Source: Minisyncoccota bacterium (lineage in GTDB: Bacteria > Patescibacteriota > Minisyncoccia > 2-02-FULL-40-12 > GWA2-44-9). Taken from it: a stretch of 64,000 bases of DNA. Both the position numbers and the translations under genes were made by a program. Positions 28,164 through 37,941 of this stretch are shown here, piece after piece. Numbering within the stretch: position 1 is the stretch's first letter; every line of letters starts with the position of its first letter. The notes under the pieces are model-generated. The model saw only the letters and a list, made by a program, of their open reading frames with translations. It was not told where the DNA came from and did not search any database. The stretch spans positions 4,646-68,645 of the forward strand of contig JAGOPO010000001.1 in NCBI GenBank assembly GCA_017992005.1, read 5' to 3'.

Positions 28164-29291
28164 ATGTTTATCCCTGTTAACGAGCCTAAGTTATCGATTG
28201 AAGCAAAGAAGTACGCTCACGACGCTATTGATAGTGGGTGGATTTCTTCGTCTGGGAAGTACGTTACTCAATTCGAAGATGATTTTGCTCGACTCTATGG
28301 CGTCAGGCATGCGATAGCGGTGTCAAACGGAACTGCCGCATTGCATGTGGCACTGTTGGCGCTTCATATCGGTCAAGGAGATGAAGTTATCGTGCCTGCG
28401 TTTACGATGGCAGCGTCGTGGCTTGCGGTTCTCTACACCGGTGCGACGCCCGTGTTTGTCGACTGCGACGCTACGACCTACAATATCGATGTTCATCGCA
28501 TCGAGGCAAAAATATCGTCCAAAACGAGAGCAATTATGCCCGTGCATATTTACGGTCAGCCGTGCGAGATGGACGAGATCCGCGCGCTAGCAAAGAGGCA
28601 CAATGTAGCCATTATTGAGGATGCCGCTGAAGCGCACGGCGCACTCTACAGGGGTCGCTTAGCTGGCACCTTAGGCGATGTCGGATGCTTTAGTTTTTAT
28701 GGCAACAAAATTATTACCACTGGTGAGGGCGGGATGATTATTACCAATGACGATTCTATTGCAGCGCAATGTAGAAAAATCAAAGATCTTCATCATTCGT
28801 CGACGAGGTTTATTCATGATGGGGTAGGGTACAATTATCGTATGACAAATATGCAGGCTGCGCTCGGATGTGGAGAGCTTGCTCATCTTCAGGAATATAT
28901 TGAGAAAAAACGGTGGATGGCTCAACTGTATAAGCGTCACCTTCAGGGCATTGCCGGAATTCAGCTTCCACGTGAAGTGGAGCACGCCCATAGTGTGTAC
29001 TGGATGTATGCGATTGTTATAGATGAGCATAAATTTGGAATGAACAAACAGCAATTACGCGCCGGCCTCAAGGATGTTGGAATAGACACGCGTGATTTTT
29101 TTTATCCGCCAGAGCAGCAACCAGTATTGCGGAAGATATTAGGAGGGGAGGTTTTTCCCGTGGCAGCGGACCTTGCTCATCGAGGCTTGTATCTACCCTC
29201 GGGCTTAGCTCTTACGGAAGCCCAGCTTCTCTATGTATGCAAGAGCATTGAGCTTCTGCACCGAAGAAATACTGCATGTCCCATAGATTAA
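28164..29291 (+). CDS. DegT/DnrJ/EryC1/StrS-family PLP-dependent sugar aminotransferase
   Basis: AIAVSNGTAALHVAL..., FSFYGNKIITTGEGGMIITND (Lys-containing active-site block). Confidence 0.9.
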   Translation: MFIPVNEPKLSIEAKKYAHDAIDSGWISSSGKYVTQFEDDFARLYGVRHAIAVSNGTAALHVALLALHIGQGDEVIVPAFTMAASWLAVLYTGATPVFVDCDATTYNIDVHRIEAKISSKTRAIMPVHIYGQPCEMDEIRALAKRHNVAIIEDAAEAHGALYRGRLAGTLGDVGCFSFYGNKIITTGEGGMIITNDDSIAAQCRKIKDLHHSSTRFIHDGVGYNYRMTNMQAALGCGELAHLQEYIEKKRWMAQLYKRHLQGIAGIQLPREVEHAHSVYWMYAIVIDEHKFGMNKQQLRAGLKDVGIDTRDFFYPPEQQPVLRKILGGEVFPVAADLAHRGLYLPSGLALTEAQLLYVCKSIELLHRRNTACPID

Positions 29292-30973
29292 CCCTGCTTG
29301 TGCTGATCGTAGTAAGCGGTCTTATGTCTCTCGCTGCATTTATTCCAGTGATTACCTCGGACTCATTTCGAGGTGTAATGCCTCGCCTTGTTGACGACGA
29401 TTTGTATTACTACGCAAGAATGCGTGAAGTTTTTGATGGTAATTTAATGGTTGGTAATCCGTATTTTTTAGAGCATGCGGAGGCTCCGTCAGTTGCCTTT
29501 TCGCTGACTGATGTAGTTGCTGCGACGCCTCTATTGCTTGGCATGCCTTTTGTTGCCGTGGTTATTACAAACCATATTTTGTGGTCAATCTTGTTCGTTG
29601 TCCTAACATACTGGCTCGTATATCTCATTACTCGACATCGCTACGTGTCAGCGTTCGGTGCTATTTTTGCGTATGTACAGGTGTACTGGCTCATACTAAG
29701 GCCCGTAATTATGCAGCAGGTATTCCCATTTTTTACACTGTTTCTAATCTCTTTCTTCTATTGGCTAGAATCAACAACATCTAAGAAGAGAATAGTAGCT
29801 CTCACGCTATCTGCTGCAGCTACGTTTTATATCTATGGCTTCTTGTGGCAAGTTGTTTTCTTTATCATGCTTGTTGGGTTGCTATTAAAAATAATGCAAC
29901 GCGCATGGGGGGACGTTCGAACTCTCCTGCTCGTTGCAGGAGGGGTCGCTATTCTTGCGCTACCAGCAATTATCTATGCCGTGCAAGGTTTTTCAGATTT
30001 GATATTTTGGGAGACGCTCGATCGCGTTGGCTTAGTATTTACACGTCTACCCGCACTCGATTCATATTATTATGGTCGCTGGATGATATTTCTATTGGCA
30101 ACCGGATGGGTCATACATCGATGGCTGAATATCAAACAGAGACCGATAATTACACGTACTGCGTTGGGTCTCTTTTTGGCAAGCGTGAGCGCTGTCGCCG
30201 TAGGATCAGATTTCGCCACCGGCCAACATGTTGGGCGGTTCATTACATTCTTTTTTTCTATTGCTATTATTGTGCAACTCTATGACGTGTGGGAGCAGCG
30301 TGATGCAATGAAAGAAGTATCATCCCTTAAAATATCTACGCTGTTAGTCCTTCTTAGTATTGGATCTGCGTTTCTCATAAATAATGTGCAGCGCGCAGTC
30401 CCGTTGGGTCGATTAAGCATCGGCGGCACCTCATCGGTGCAGTCGATCGCTGAGCCGCTACGCTGGCTTGAGGCGTATGTTCCAGAGAAGAGCGTCGTGA
30501 TGGCAAATGACGTCTTAAGTTCTTATATACCGATTATGACAAAACATGCGGTGGCGTGGAGCCATGCGGGTAGCCTATACCATATGAGCATAGCAGAGGT
30601 GGAGGAGAGGTTTTTTATGGCGCAATCGTCGGCGCTATCAAGGGATCAGGTGCTTGCAAAACTTGGAGAGATAGATGGGGCTGGAATTGAGCGACGTCTT
30701 GCGGACTCCTACCATAAACAGCAATTGAGATGTCTCCTCTTTATGCCCTGTCATCCCACAACATCACTTTCTCGATTTGTAGGAGCGGAGCGTTTAGATC
30801 GTTTGATGATTGTTCAAGATCGTATTCGGTCAGATATGTATGCTGCATTGCAGCGTTACAATGTTGATTATCTTTTGGTCGATACGTTCGTGGATATTGT
30901 TCCATCTACAATCATGAAGTATTGCGTTATCGTCTGGAATGATGACCGTTATATCATTTATAAAATCAACTAA
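29276..30973 (+). CDS. Polytopic membrane protein with a C-terminal soluble domain; candidate GT-C-fold glycosyltransferase (unassigned family)
   Basis: More than 10 predicted TM helices; acidic DDD motif in the first extracytoplasmic loop (RLVDDDLYYYARMREVFDGN); paralog of the next gene. Confidence 0.5.
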   Translation: MSHRLTLLVLIVVSGLMSLAAFIPVITSDSFRGVMPRLVDDDLYYYARMREVFDGNLMVGNPYFLEHAEAPSVAFSLTDVVAATPLLLGMPFVAVVITNHILWSILFVVLTYWLVYLITRHRYVSAFGAIFAYVQVYWLILRPVIMQQVFPFFTLFLISFFYWLESTTSKKRIVALTLSAAATFYIYGFLWQVVFFIMLVGLLLKIMQRAWGDVRTLLLVAGGVAILALPAIIYAVQGFSDLIFWETLDRVGLVFTRLPALDSYYYGRWMIFLLATGWVIHRWLNIKQRPIITRTALGLFLASVSAVAVGSDFATGQHVGRFITFFFSIAIIVQLYDVWEQRDAMKEVSSLKISTLLVLLSIGSAFLINNVQRAVPLGRLSIGGTSSVQSIAEPLRWLEAYVPEKSVVMANDVLSSYIPIMTKHAVAWSHAGSLYHMSIAEVEERFFMAQSSALSRDQVLAKLGEIDGAGIERRLADSYHKQQLRCLLFMPCHPTTSLSRFVGAERLDRLMIVQDRIRSDMYAALQRYNVDYLLVDTFVDIVPSTIMKYCVIVWNDDRYIIYKIN

Positions 30974-30986
30974 GCTTGGGGCGATC

Positions 30987-32789
30987 ATGCGACATCACGG
31001 CATCGCCATTGGCGCTGCACTTGTCGTCGCAATAGTTGCTGGGCTTCCGCAGCTTATCGTGCGCGACCGAGCGGGAGAGCTTGATAAAGGAGTGCCGTAT
31101 CTTGTGAATGATTCTGAGGGAGAATACCTGAGCCGCGTACGAGAGGTGTTAGATGGGCACCATAGAGTCGCTTCCCCAACAATGTATGAGTACAAGGATG
31201 CGCGTGTTCTCATGCCCCCGTATGCAGAGACACTATTCTATGCTCTGCCAACCATTATCACTGGCGCTTCACTGGAGAGCGTTATTTTCTATAGTAAGTG
31301 GATTCTACCGGCCCTCTTATTTCTTGTTATATATTTATTTGTTCGTGAGCTATTGCTGCATAAAGATGCATCAGCTCAAGTCGCCGCAGTGAGCGCGGGT
31401 CTCTTGGTCGTTCTTGGATATGATGCTTATGACTATCGGCATTTTTTTCAAGTGCTAGTCCACGGAGCTAGTGATCCTGCGGGTCTCCTATGGAATAGGC
31501 TGGTCCACCCAATTACAGGGGGTATTTTGCTTTTTGCATTTCTTTGGCAATTGTCAAAAATTGTACTGAGAAAAGAATCATGGTCGCATGTGGTAGCGGC
31601 TAGTCTCATCCTTGCATGTACGCCTGGATATTTCTTCGCGTTCGGATTATCGCTGGGTGTTCTGGTTTGTTCTGCATTGTATGCGTCGGCGTGGCGATGG
31701 TGGAGGTTGGTTGCAAGATTGGCGATCTGCGGCGTCATTGGTGTTGGGTTGAACCTGCCATACCTTGCTGGGGCTCTTATGGCAACCAACGGAGACGCTT
31801 CCGGAGACGCTTTTCGCTCTGGGATGTTTGCCACACATGCCTCGCTTATTAATTACATCTCCTTTGCGACACTGAGCGGCGCATTACTCGTGTTTCTCTT
31901 CTCTGTATTGAAAGGATGGGATTGGAGGGGGCGATGGTGGCTTATTGTTCTTTCGGTAGGTGGAACGATGGTTCTTGTCTACAACCAGCAGATTATTACT
32001 GGACGAGCGATTTGGCCACAGCATTTTGTTCAGTATACAACACCGCTATCAATGGCACTGCTCGTTACTCTTATTCATAATATTCTTCGAGAGCGCTCAC
32101 TAATACTGTGGAGGCTTTTCATTTCCTGCATCATCATTATTGCGTTGTTCTTTGGCTGGAGAGGTTTCCAATCGGCTACCTACGCTACGGTTCCTAAATA
32201 CATGGAGCTTCAAAGCTTCTCCGGTGTTATTTCGTATCTTCAGCAGTATGCAAAATTGGATTGCGTCGTTTATGCATTTCCTGCGTATCCCAATGAATTA
32301 AGTAGATTCATTCCTGCTTTGACAGGTTGCAACAACTATCATTCATTTTACATTTATAGTGGTATCCCTCGGGAGCGCATTCTTCATAATTACCTCGTAA
32401 ACCTACGATTTCGGAATTTATTACCAAAAGACGTGCGTCGACACTTTTATTCAGAGCCGTTTTTTAGCACGTCATACTTCTTTCGTGATTGGAATGATAT
32501 GCTATGTAATAACCTATCTGGTTGTGGAGATCGGTGGCAAGAGAAATTTGCTGATACAGCCGGGATTGATCGTTGGTTCGACGCAACTGAGCGAGAAATA
32601 GAAGAAGCATACTCAAGATTTCTAGAGGCGGATTTGTACGTAGAACTCATGAAATTTAAATTGGACTACGTTGTTGTTGATCGGCGATATGACGCACTGG
32701 TCAATGATCAAATCTACTCATTTCTCCGAAAAGTTCATGTTGATGATCAATTTATCCTGTATAGCGTTCGTCAAATTAAGTCGCGCTAA
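30987..32789 (+). CDS. Paralogous polytopic membrane protein; candidate GT-C-fold glycosyltransferase
   Basis: Same architecture, with a first loop (NDSEGEYLSRVREVLDGHH) parallel to the upstream gene; start chosen at the ATG 30987 (MRHHGIAIGAALVV); the ORF is open from 30939. Confidence 0.5.
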   Translation: MRHHGIAIGAALVVAIVAGLPQLIVRDRAGELDKGVPYLVNDSEGEYLSRVREVLDGHHRVASPTMYEYKDARVLMPPYAETLFYALPTIITGASLESVIFYSKWILPALLFLVIYLFVRELLLHKDASAQVAAVSAGLLVVLGYDAYDYRHFFQVLVHGASDPAGLLWNRLVHPITGGILLFAFLWQLSKIVLRKESWSHVVAASLILACTPGYFFAFGLSLGVLVCSALYASAWRWWRLVARLAICGVIGVGLNLPYLAGALMATNGDASGDAFRSGMFATHASLINYISFATLSGALLVFLFSVLKGWDWRGRWWLIVLSVGGTMVLVYNQQIITGRAIWPQHFVQYTTPLSMALLVTLIHNILRERSLILWRLFISCIIIIALFFGWRGFQSATYATVPKYMELQSFSGVISYLQQYAKLDCVVYAFPAYPNELSRFIPALTGCNNYHSFYIYSGIPRERILHNYLVNLRFRNLLPKDVRRHFYSEPFFSTSYFFRDWNDMLCNNLSGCGDRWQEKFADTAGIDRWFDATEREIEEAYSRFLEADLYVELMKFKLDYVVVDRRYDALVNDQIYSFLRKVHVDDQFILYSVRQIKSR

Positions 32790-33853
32790 TGAAAATTGCT
32801 GTACTAACACATGATGTTAATGTTTCCGCAGGTTGGGGCCGTTTTTCCGATCAGCTTATATCGGGACTGCGCGAACGAGGGCATGACGTTCTTGTGATAT
32901 CCGAAAGGGGCGGGGCTCATCCCGTGCTACGGCGGGGTATTGGGGTTCTCTGGTCTGTGGTTCGACTCCTTCCTCTTATTCGGACTGTTGATATCGTTCA
33001 CGCAATGGATGTCTATCCGTTTGGTGCTATTGCTTGGTTGGCCACTCGCATCATTAGGAAGCCGATCATATTTTCGGCGCAAGGAACCTACTCAATCGCA
33101 CCACTTGAAGTATCTCGTTATCGGCTACTATATCGCGTGATGACTCGGCGTGTAGATCGTGTGCTTGCTATTAGCCAATATACTGCTGATCGACTTACGG
33201 GGGCCCTCGGGTCGTCTTGCTCGATATCGGTAATACATCATGGCGTTGATCTTGAGCGATGGAGGATAGATGTGAGCACGGGCCTTCAGCGCGATCAAGC
33301 GGTCATCTCTGTGGGTTCTGTGAAATTCAGGAAAGGATATCATGTTGCGATCCGGGCATTTTCAGAAGCAAGAAAAAGCTTTCCCTCGCTGCAGTGGTGG
33401 ATTGTTGGTTCAACACGCGATAAGGGGTACATTGAAAAATTAAAGAAGCTTGCAGACTCATTGGGCGTGACCGATGCAATACATTGGTACGAAAATGTGA
33501 GTGACGATGAGTTGAGGCGCCTTTATTCTCGCGCGTCCGTATTTATGTTGCTATCGCAAAATCAGGGCGCGCACTTTGAAGGCTTCGGTTTAGTCTTTCT
33601 TGAGGCAGCAGCATGCGGTTTGCCTGTGATTGGAACTCGTGATAATGGAATTCAAGAGGCGATATCGGATGCAAATGGCATCCTCGTGCCGCAAGATGAT
33701 AGTGCCGCAGCTCGAGATGCTATAGTTTTATTACTATCTCATGAGGCGATTCGGAGGAGTATGGGCGAAGCAAGTGTGCGGTGGGCGAAATCGCATTCCA
33801 TTGATAGCGTCATTGACGAATATGAGCTACAGTATAAAGAGGTGATAGCATGA
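32789..33853 (+). CDS. Glycosyltransferase family 4
   Basis: EGFGLVFLEAAACGLPVIGTRDNGIQEAISDANGIL. Confidence 0.85.
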   Translation: MKIAVLTHDVNVSAGWGRFSDQLISGLRERGHDVLVISERGGAHPVLRRGIGVLWSVVRLLPLIRTVDIVHAMDVYPFGAIAWLATRIIRKPIIFSAQGTYSIAPLEVSRYRLLYRVMTRRVDRVLAISQYTADRLTGALGSSCSISVIHHGVDLERWRIDVSTGLQRDQAVISVGSVKFRKGYHVAIRAFSEARKSFPSLQWWIVGSTRDKGYIEKLKKLADSLGVTDAIHWYENVSDDELRRLYSRASVFMLLSQNQGAHFEGFGLVFLEAAACGLPVIGTRDNGIQEAISDANGILVPQDDSAAARDAIVLLLSHEAIRRSMGEASVRWAKSHSIDSVIDEYELQYKEVIA

Positions 33854-33863
33854 TGCCGCTTAT

Positions 33864-35042
33864 ATGAAAAATGCATATACAATTTTAGATTTTGCTGAGT
33901 ATTACCGAGTAACTGTTCGTGAGTTGCCTTCGGACATCATTCTAGAACGAGAGCCTCTTTGTCCTTGTTGTGATATTGAGATGAACATTGTTTGTGCGTT
34001 AGTTGCTCATCAGGGTAAGCAAATATTGAATATCGGAGCATGTCCCGAATGTGGAACGAGGGGGTACATTGATAGGCCATCGCGACAATGGATTGAGGAA
34101 TTTTATACTGATACTTGGGATATTCACACCGCTCTCAATGCAGAGCAGGTAAGGGCATTTCCACGTATCGAATTAGATAAAAAGTCGAGTCGAAGAGTTG
34201 CTGCCATTGCAGCTTCCTCACTCGATGTTGCTCGTAGACTTCGTGCTCTTGATATTGGGGTGGGTTACGGAAGTATTCTTCGACATTTTCAGGAATCTGG
34301 ATTCGGCGAAGTTGTTGGAGTTGAGCATTCACCACACCGAGCCGACGTCGTCGCAAGGGCATTTGATGCAAAGGTATGTGTGGGGCCTTTTGAGTCTGAT
34401 GATGTGCAAAGTATTTTACGGCACAATAAGCCATTCGATGCTATTGTGAGCCATCATGTATTTGAGCATGTTGTGGATCCGAGGCGCTTCATTCGATGCG
34501 CATCTGAGCTTCAAGCACGTGGCGGTATTTTTGTGCTTGCTGTACCGGACGCGCTCGGCGAGCACGCCGGGTATCAAGCGTTGTATCCACCGCATCTATA
34601 TTCGTATACAAAATATGGAATCGAGACGCTGCTTATGAAGCATGGATACGAAGTGATAGAAGATGTATCACCTACGTTTGATAACATGATTCTGAAAATG
34701 ATCCGCGTTGATAAGCCGTCTCGCAGATTTTTCACCAAAGATCCACGGGCGTTTCAGGGTGTACTGGAGCGCTTTGAGCAGGGACTCGGATTCAACCAGG
34801 GTGAGGTAGTGAAACGATATGGAGTTTTTTGGTTGCAGCCAAATAGGTCACCTCATGATTTTACTAGAATTCCGATGCGCGGTTTTCAGTGGCGTATACA
34901 ATCACTCTACATGAAATTACTTGCACGTATTGGTAGGTATCGAAGCGATCATGCGATGTATATAGGACCCGCTGTAAAGAAATACTCGAATGCGCCATTC
35001 GAACTACAATGGGATGGACCATTACGATTACTCTTTAAATAG
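33864..35042 (+). CDS. Class I SAM-dependent methyltransferase with N-terminal Cys4 zinc-ribbon
   Basis: CPCCDIE...CPECG; LDIGVGYGSILRHF...FDAIVSHHVFEHVVDPRRFI...GGIFVLAVP. Confidence 0.7.
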   Translation: MKNAYTILDFAEYYRVTVRELPSDIILEREPLCPCCDIEMNIVCALVAHQGKQILNIGACPECGTRGYIDRPSRQWIEEFYTDTWDIHTALNAEQVRAFPRIELDKKSSRRVAAIAASSLDVARRLRALDIGVGYGSILRHFQESGFGEVVGVEHSPHRADVVARAFDAKVCVGPFESDDVQSILRHNKPFDAIVSHHVFEHVVDPRRFIRCASELQARGGIFVLAVPDALGEHAGYQALYPPHLYSYTKYGIETLLMKHGYEVIEDVSPTFDNMILKMIRVDKPSRRFFTKDPRAFQGVLERFEQGLGFNQGEVVKRYGVFWLQPNRSPHDFTRIPMRGFQWRIQSLYMKLLARIGRYRSDHAMYIGPAVKKYSNAPFELQWDGPLRLLFK

Positions 35043-35044
35043 CT

Positions 35045-35770
35045 ATGTATATCAATCAACGGCAAGTCGAGCGTGCGCAAATCCACAAGTCACCCCACGG
35101 ATTTTCTTATGGTTTCATCGAGAACTTTATTCATGAAGCTGCCTATGAGAATTTACGGTTAACGTTTCCAGATGTGCGCGGATTTAACCTTGTTGATAAA
35201 GCTTCTGGAGGTGGGAGAAAGCGTTTTTACGTAGGTCCGACGTATGTGGCGGGTAAGCATAATGATTGCGCATGTCAGGTGGCGGCACTCTCTCGATATT
35301 GGCAGGAATTCTTTCGTGAGTGTGCTTCTCCTGCGACGGCTGAGCTGATATCAAAAGCAGTCGGGATTAGCTTTAATACGCTCTGTAATTTTGGGCTCAC
35401 CTTTGGCAATGAGGGCTGCGTACAAGAACCGCACATCGATGGTGCGGCTCGAGAATATGATGAGAGTCCAGTAAAATCGTCATGGGCTTCAATCGTGTAT
35501 TTCAATGAGTCTCCTAATAATAGAGCCGGAACGTGTGTCTACGAGCCTGATAGAAGAACCATGACATATCAAGCTCCAAGCATGAGAAACGGTCTGTTCT
35601 TTTTTGAGCAGCACCCTCTGGCGTGGCACGGCTTTCCAAAAATGCAAAAAGGATTCGAAAGGAGGATTCTTTCACTGGCATATAGTTCCCAGCAGCAACC
35701 TCTCATGCCTCGGTCATCGTGGGCGCATCGGCTAACTTGTCGACAGTACTGGAAGCAATTTCGACCATGA
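35045..35770 (+). CDS. Hypothetical protein; possible Fe(II)/2OG-oxygenase-like or cupin fold (HxD...H)
   Basis: EPHIDG (HxD) and a distal AWHGF; weak inference only. Confidence 0.35.
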   Translation: MYINQRQVERAQIHKSPHGFSYGFIENFIHEAAYENLRLTFPDVRGFNLVDKASGGGRKRFYVGPTYVAGKHNDCACQVAALSRYWQEFFRECASPATAELISKAVGISFNTLCNFGLTFGNEGCVQEPHIDGAAREYDESPVKSSWASIVYFNESPNNRAGTCVYEPDRRTMTYQAPSMRNGLFFFEQHPLAWHGFPKMQKGFERRILSLAYSSQQQPLMPRSSWAHRLTCRQYWKQFRP

Positions 35771-37137
35771 AAACTATAGTAGTCACCGCTTATCACGGAT
35801 GGGTGTTTCGTAATTTACTTGGTAGTACCGCACTTTCCCAAGTCCACGAGAGGACGGGTGCGCGTGTAATTGTATGTGTTCCTCCAGATAAGGCTGAATT
35901 TACCCAAGCAACATATGGGAAAGAATGGATGACTGTTGTGCCATATGATGCGGATGCAATTATATCGACACGATATAATAAATTTTGGTATCGACTTGGG
36001 TTCTTGATTGAAAATACGCAGTATGTTCGCGACCAGCGCCTAGAGCGTCGCGAAAGACAGGGAACAATTGTTGCGCGGATTAATTTTTGGATAGTAAATA
36101 ATCTTGCATCAATACTTAGTAGGATAAGATTTGCTGTTCATCTCTATAGAGCTTTTGACTACCTTGCTTCGTCAAAGAGTTCAACGGAGGTGATAATGAG
36201 AAAATATCGTCCAGACCTTGTCCTCTTAGGTGATATATTTGGTGAGCACGATCTGCTATTTCAGAGAAATGCAAAGAGGAATCATATTCGGACTATTGGG
36301 ATGGTCCGTTCATGGGATAATACGACCACGAAGGGAATCCTTCGCATGATTCCCGATAGAATTCTTGCAAATAGCGAGACGGTAAAACGGGAACTTCAAG
36401 TCATTCACCGTGTGCCGAGTAGTCTCATTTCAGTGGTTGGGCTTCCACAGTTTGATGCTTGGATATCTGGGCCCACGGTCTCGCGTGATGAATTCTTTAG
36501 AAGTATTAGTTCAAACGCTGATAAGCGGCTCATTCTATTTGCTCCTGCTGGCGATATATTATCAACGACCGATTGGCAAGTATGCCAGCTTTTGAAGGAG
36601 GCAATTAATGGGGGCCGACTTCCGGATGATATCGTCTTCTTAATTCGAAATCACCCGCAGCATCCAGCAGATTTCTCTCATTTTATTGCAGATGATCATT
36701 TTATAATTGAAAACCCAGGGACTCGAACGCTTGAAAGGAATTTCAAGGGGGCAACATTAAATCCATTTGAAAATGATCATCTTCGAAATTCGATCTACTA
36801 TTCAGAGCTTGTTATGTACGTAGCCACTTCGATAGGTCTTGATGCAACTGTTTTCGATAAGCCACAGATCATAGTTAGTTTTGATGGATGGGAGGCGCGG
36901 CAGTATATTCAAAGCGTTCAGCGATACAATCAAGAGGATTGCCTTCGGAGTATGGTGAAATCAGGCGGCACGAAGGTCGCTCGAACTTCAGATGAGCTCA
37001 TTACGTATATCAATATGTATCTTGAAAAGCCTGAAATGGATGCCGGTGGAAGGCGCAGGGCGGTAGATGACCATCTCTTTAAGCTAGATGGCCATGCAGC
37101 GAATCGAATTGCGGAGATTATTTCCTCGAAGCTTTAG
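35767..37137 (+). CDS. GT-B-like transferase; TagB/TagF-type glycerophosphotransferase-like or sialyltransferase-like (HP motif); function unresolved
   Basis: ATGA overlap start; KRLILFAPAGD and IVFLIRNHPQHP resemble the YAPT and HP motifs of Glyphos_transf / bacterial GT-B sialyltransferases; its 3' end overlaps the convergent CMP-nonulosonate synthetase gene. Confidence 0.4.
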   Translation: MKTIVVTAYHGWVFRNLLGSTALSQVHERTGARVIVCVPPDKAEFTQATYGKEWMTVVPYDADAIISTRYNKFWYRLGFLIENTQYVRDQRLERRERQGTIVARINFWIVNNLASILSRIRFAVHLYRAFDYLASSKSSTEVIMRKYRPDLVLLGDIFGEHDLLFQRNAKRNHIRTIGMVRSWDNTTTKGILRMIPDRILANSETVKRELQVIHRVPSSLISVVGLPQFDAWISGPTVSRDEFFRSISSNADKRLILFAPAGDILSTTDWQVCQLLKEAINGGRLPDDIVFLIRNHPQHPADFSHFIADDHFIIENPGTRTLERNFKGATLNPFENDHLRNSIYYSELVMYVATSIGLDATVFDKPQIIVSFDGWEARQYIQSVQRYNQEDCLRSMVKSGGTKVARTSDELITYINMYLEKPEMDAGGRRRAVDDHLFKLDGHAANRIAEIISSKL

Positions 37138-37876
37138 GCTTGATGAATAGGGACTTGAATTTTATTTCTCCGTCGTGCCATTCACCGGGAGTGTTGATAT
37201 CGAGCTCATACTGCTCCGAGTGGGCGACGACATACAACTCTACTTTTTTGCCGTACAAATTGGATTTCTCGCTGTCGTAAAGATTTTGAGGGTTCAAAAC
37301 GTAGATAATATCATTGCGTGCATAGCATACTTGAGGGAAGTCTTGTCGTCGCGTAAGGATGTGTTTGAGTGGCACGCCTCCCCAGAGAGTGACATGGCCT
37401 TTTGGTCCGCGAACGAGTGTCCAGTACGGTGTATGGTTTGCTGGTGTAGGGTTTACGCCTACAACTGAAGTCGTATTCTTGCTTAAGAACAACATAATTG
37501 CATTATCGATATGAAACGATTGACGCGTGGGTGTCGTCGGCATCATGAGCGCAATGCCATCGGCGACATATCTCTCGGTATCTTTGAGGTGCTCATAGGC
37601 ATGCTTGAGCGTGGGTTCAATTCCAATGGAAGCGGTAGCTAATTCGTCTGGACGGATAATAACTTCGGCGCCATAACGCTTAGCGATGCGTGCAATTGCT
37701 GGACTATCAGTGGAAACAAAAACACGGTCAAGTTTTTTACTTTGGAGTGCAGCTAGAATAGACCATGCAATAAGCGGTTTGCCACAAAATAGCTTACTAT
37801 TCTTCCCAGGAATACCTTGTGAGCCACCGCGTGCGGGGATTATACCAATAAGACGAGGTCGTTTTTTCTTAACCAT
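37118..37876 (-). CDS. neuA: Acylneuraminate (nonulosonate) cytidylyltransferase, CMP-NeuAc synthetase family
   Basis: N-terminal LIGIIPARGGSQGIPGKN motif diagnostic of the CTP_transf_3 family. Confidence 0.9.
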   Translation of the reverse strand: MVKKKRPRLIGIIPARGGSQGIPGKNSKLFCGKPLIAWSILAALQSKKLDRVFVSTDSPAIARIAKRYGAEVIIRPDELATASIGIEPTLKHAYEHLKDTERYVADGIALMMPTTPTRQSFHIDNAIMLFLSKNTTSVVGVNPTPANHTPYWTLVRGPKGHVTLWGGVPLKHILTRRQDFPQVCYARNDIIYVLNPQNLYDSEKSNLYGKKVELYVVAHSEQYELDINTPGEWHDGEIKFKSLFIKPKASRK

Positions 37877-37910
37877 AAAAATATTATAGCATAAATATTA
37901 GGTAAGGAAA

Positions 37911-37934
37911 AGCCCCACACGGGATGTGTGGGGC
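37911..37934 (-). terminator. 9-bp GC-rich hairpin (gccccacac/gtgtggggc) followed on the minus strand by TTTT; also precedes an extended -10 (TGcTATAAT) placed for a leaderless neuA transcript
   Basis: Seen directly between the rSAM stop (37942) and the neuA start (37876); TATAAT (minus strand) ends 6 nt before the ATG. Confidence 0.55.
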
Positions 37935-37941
37935 GGGAATG

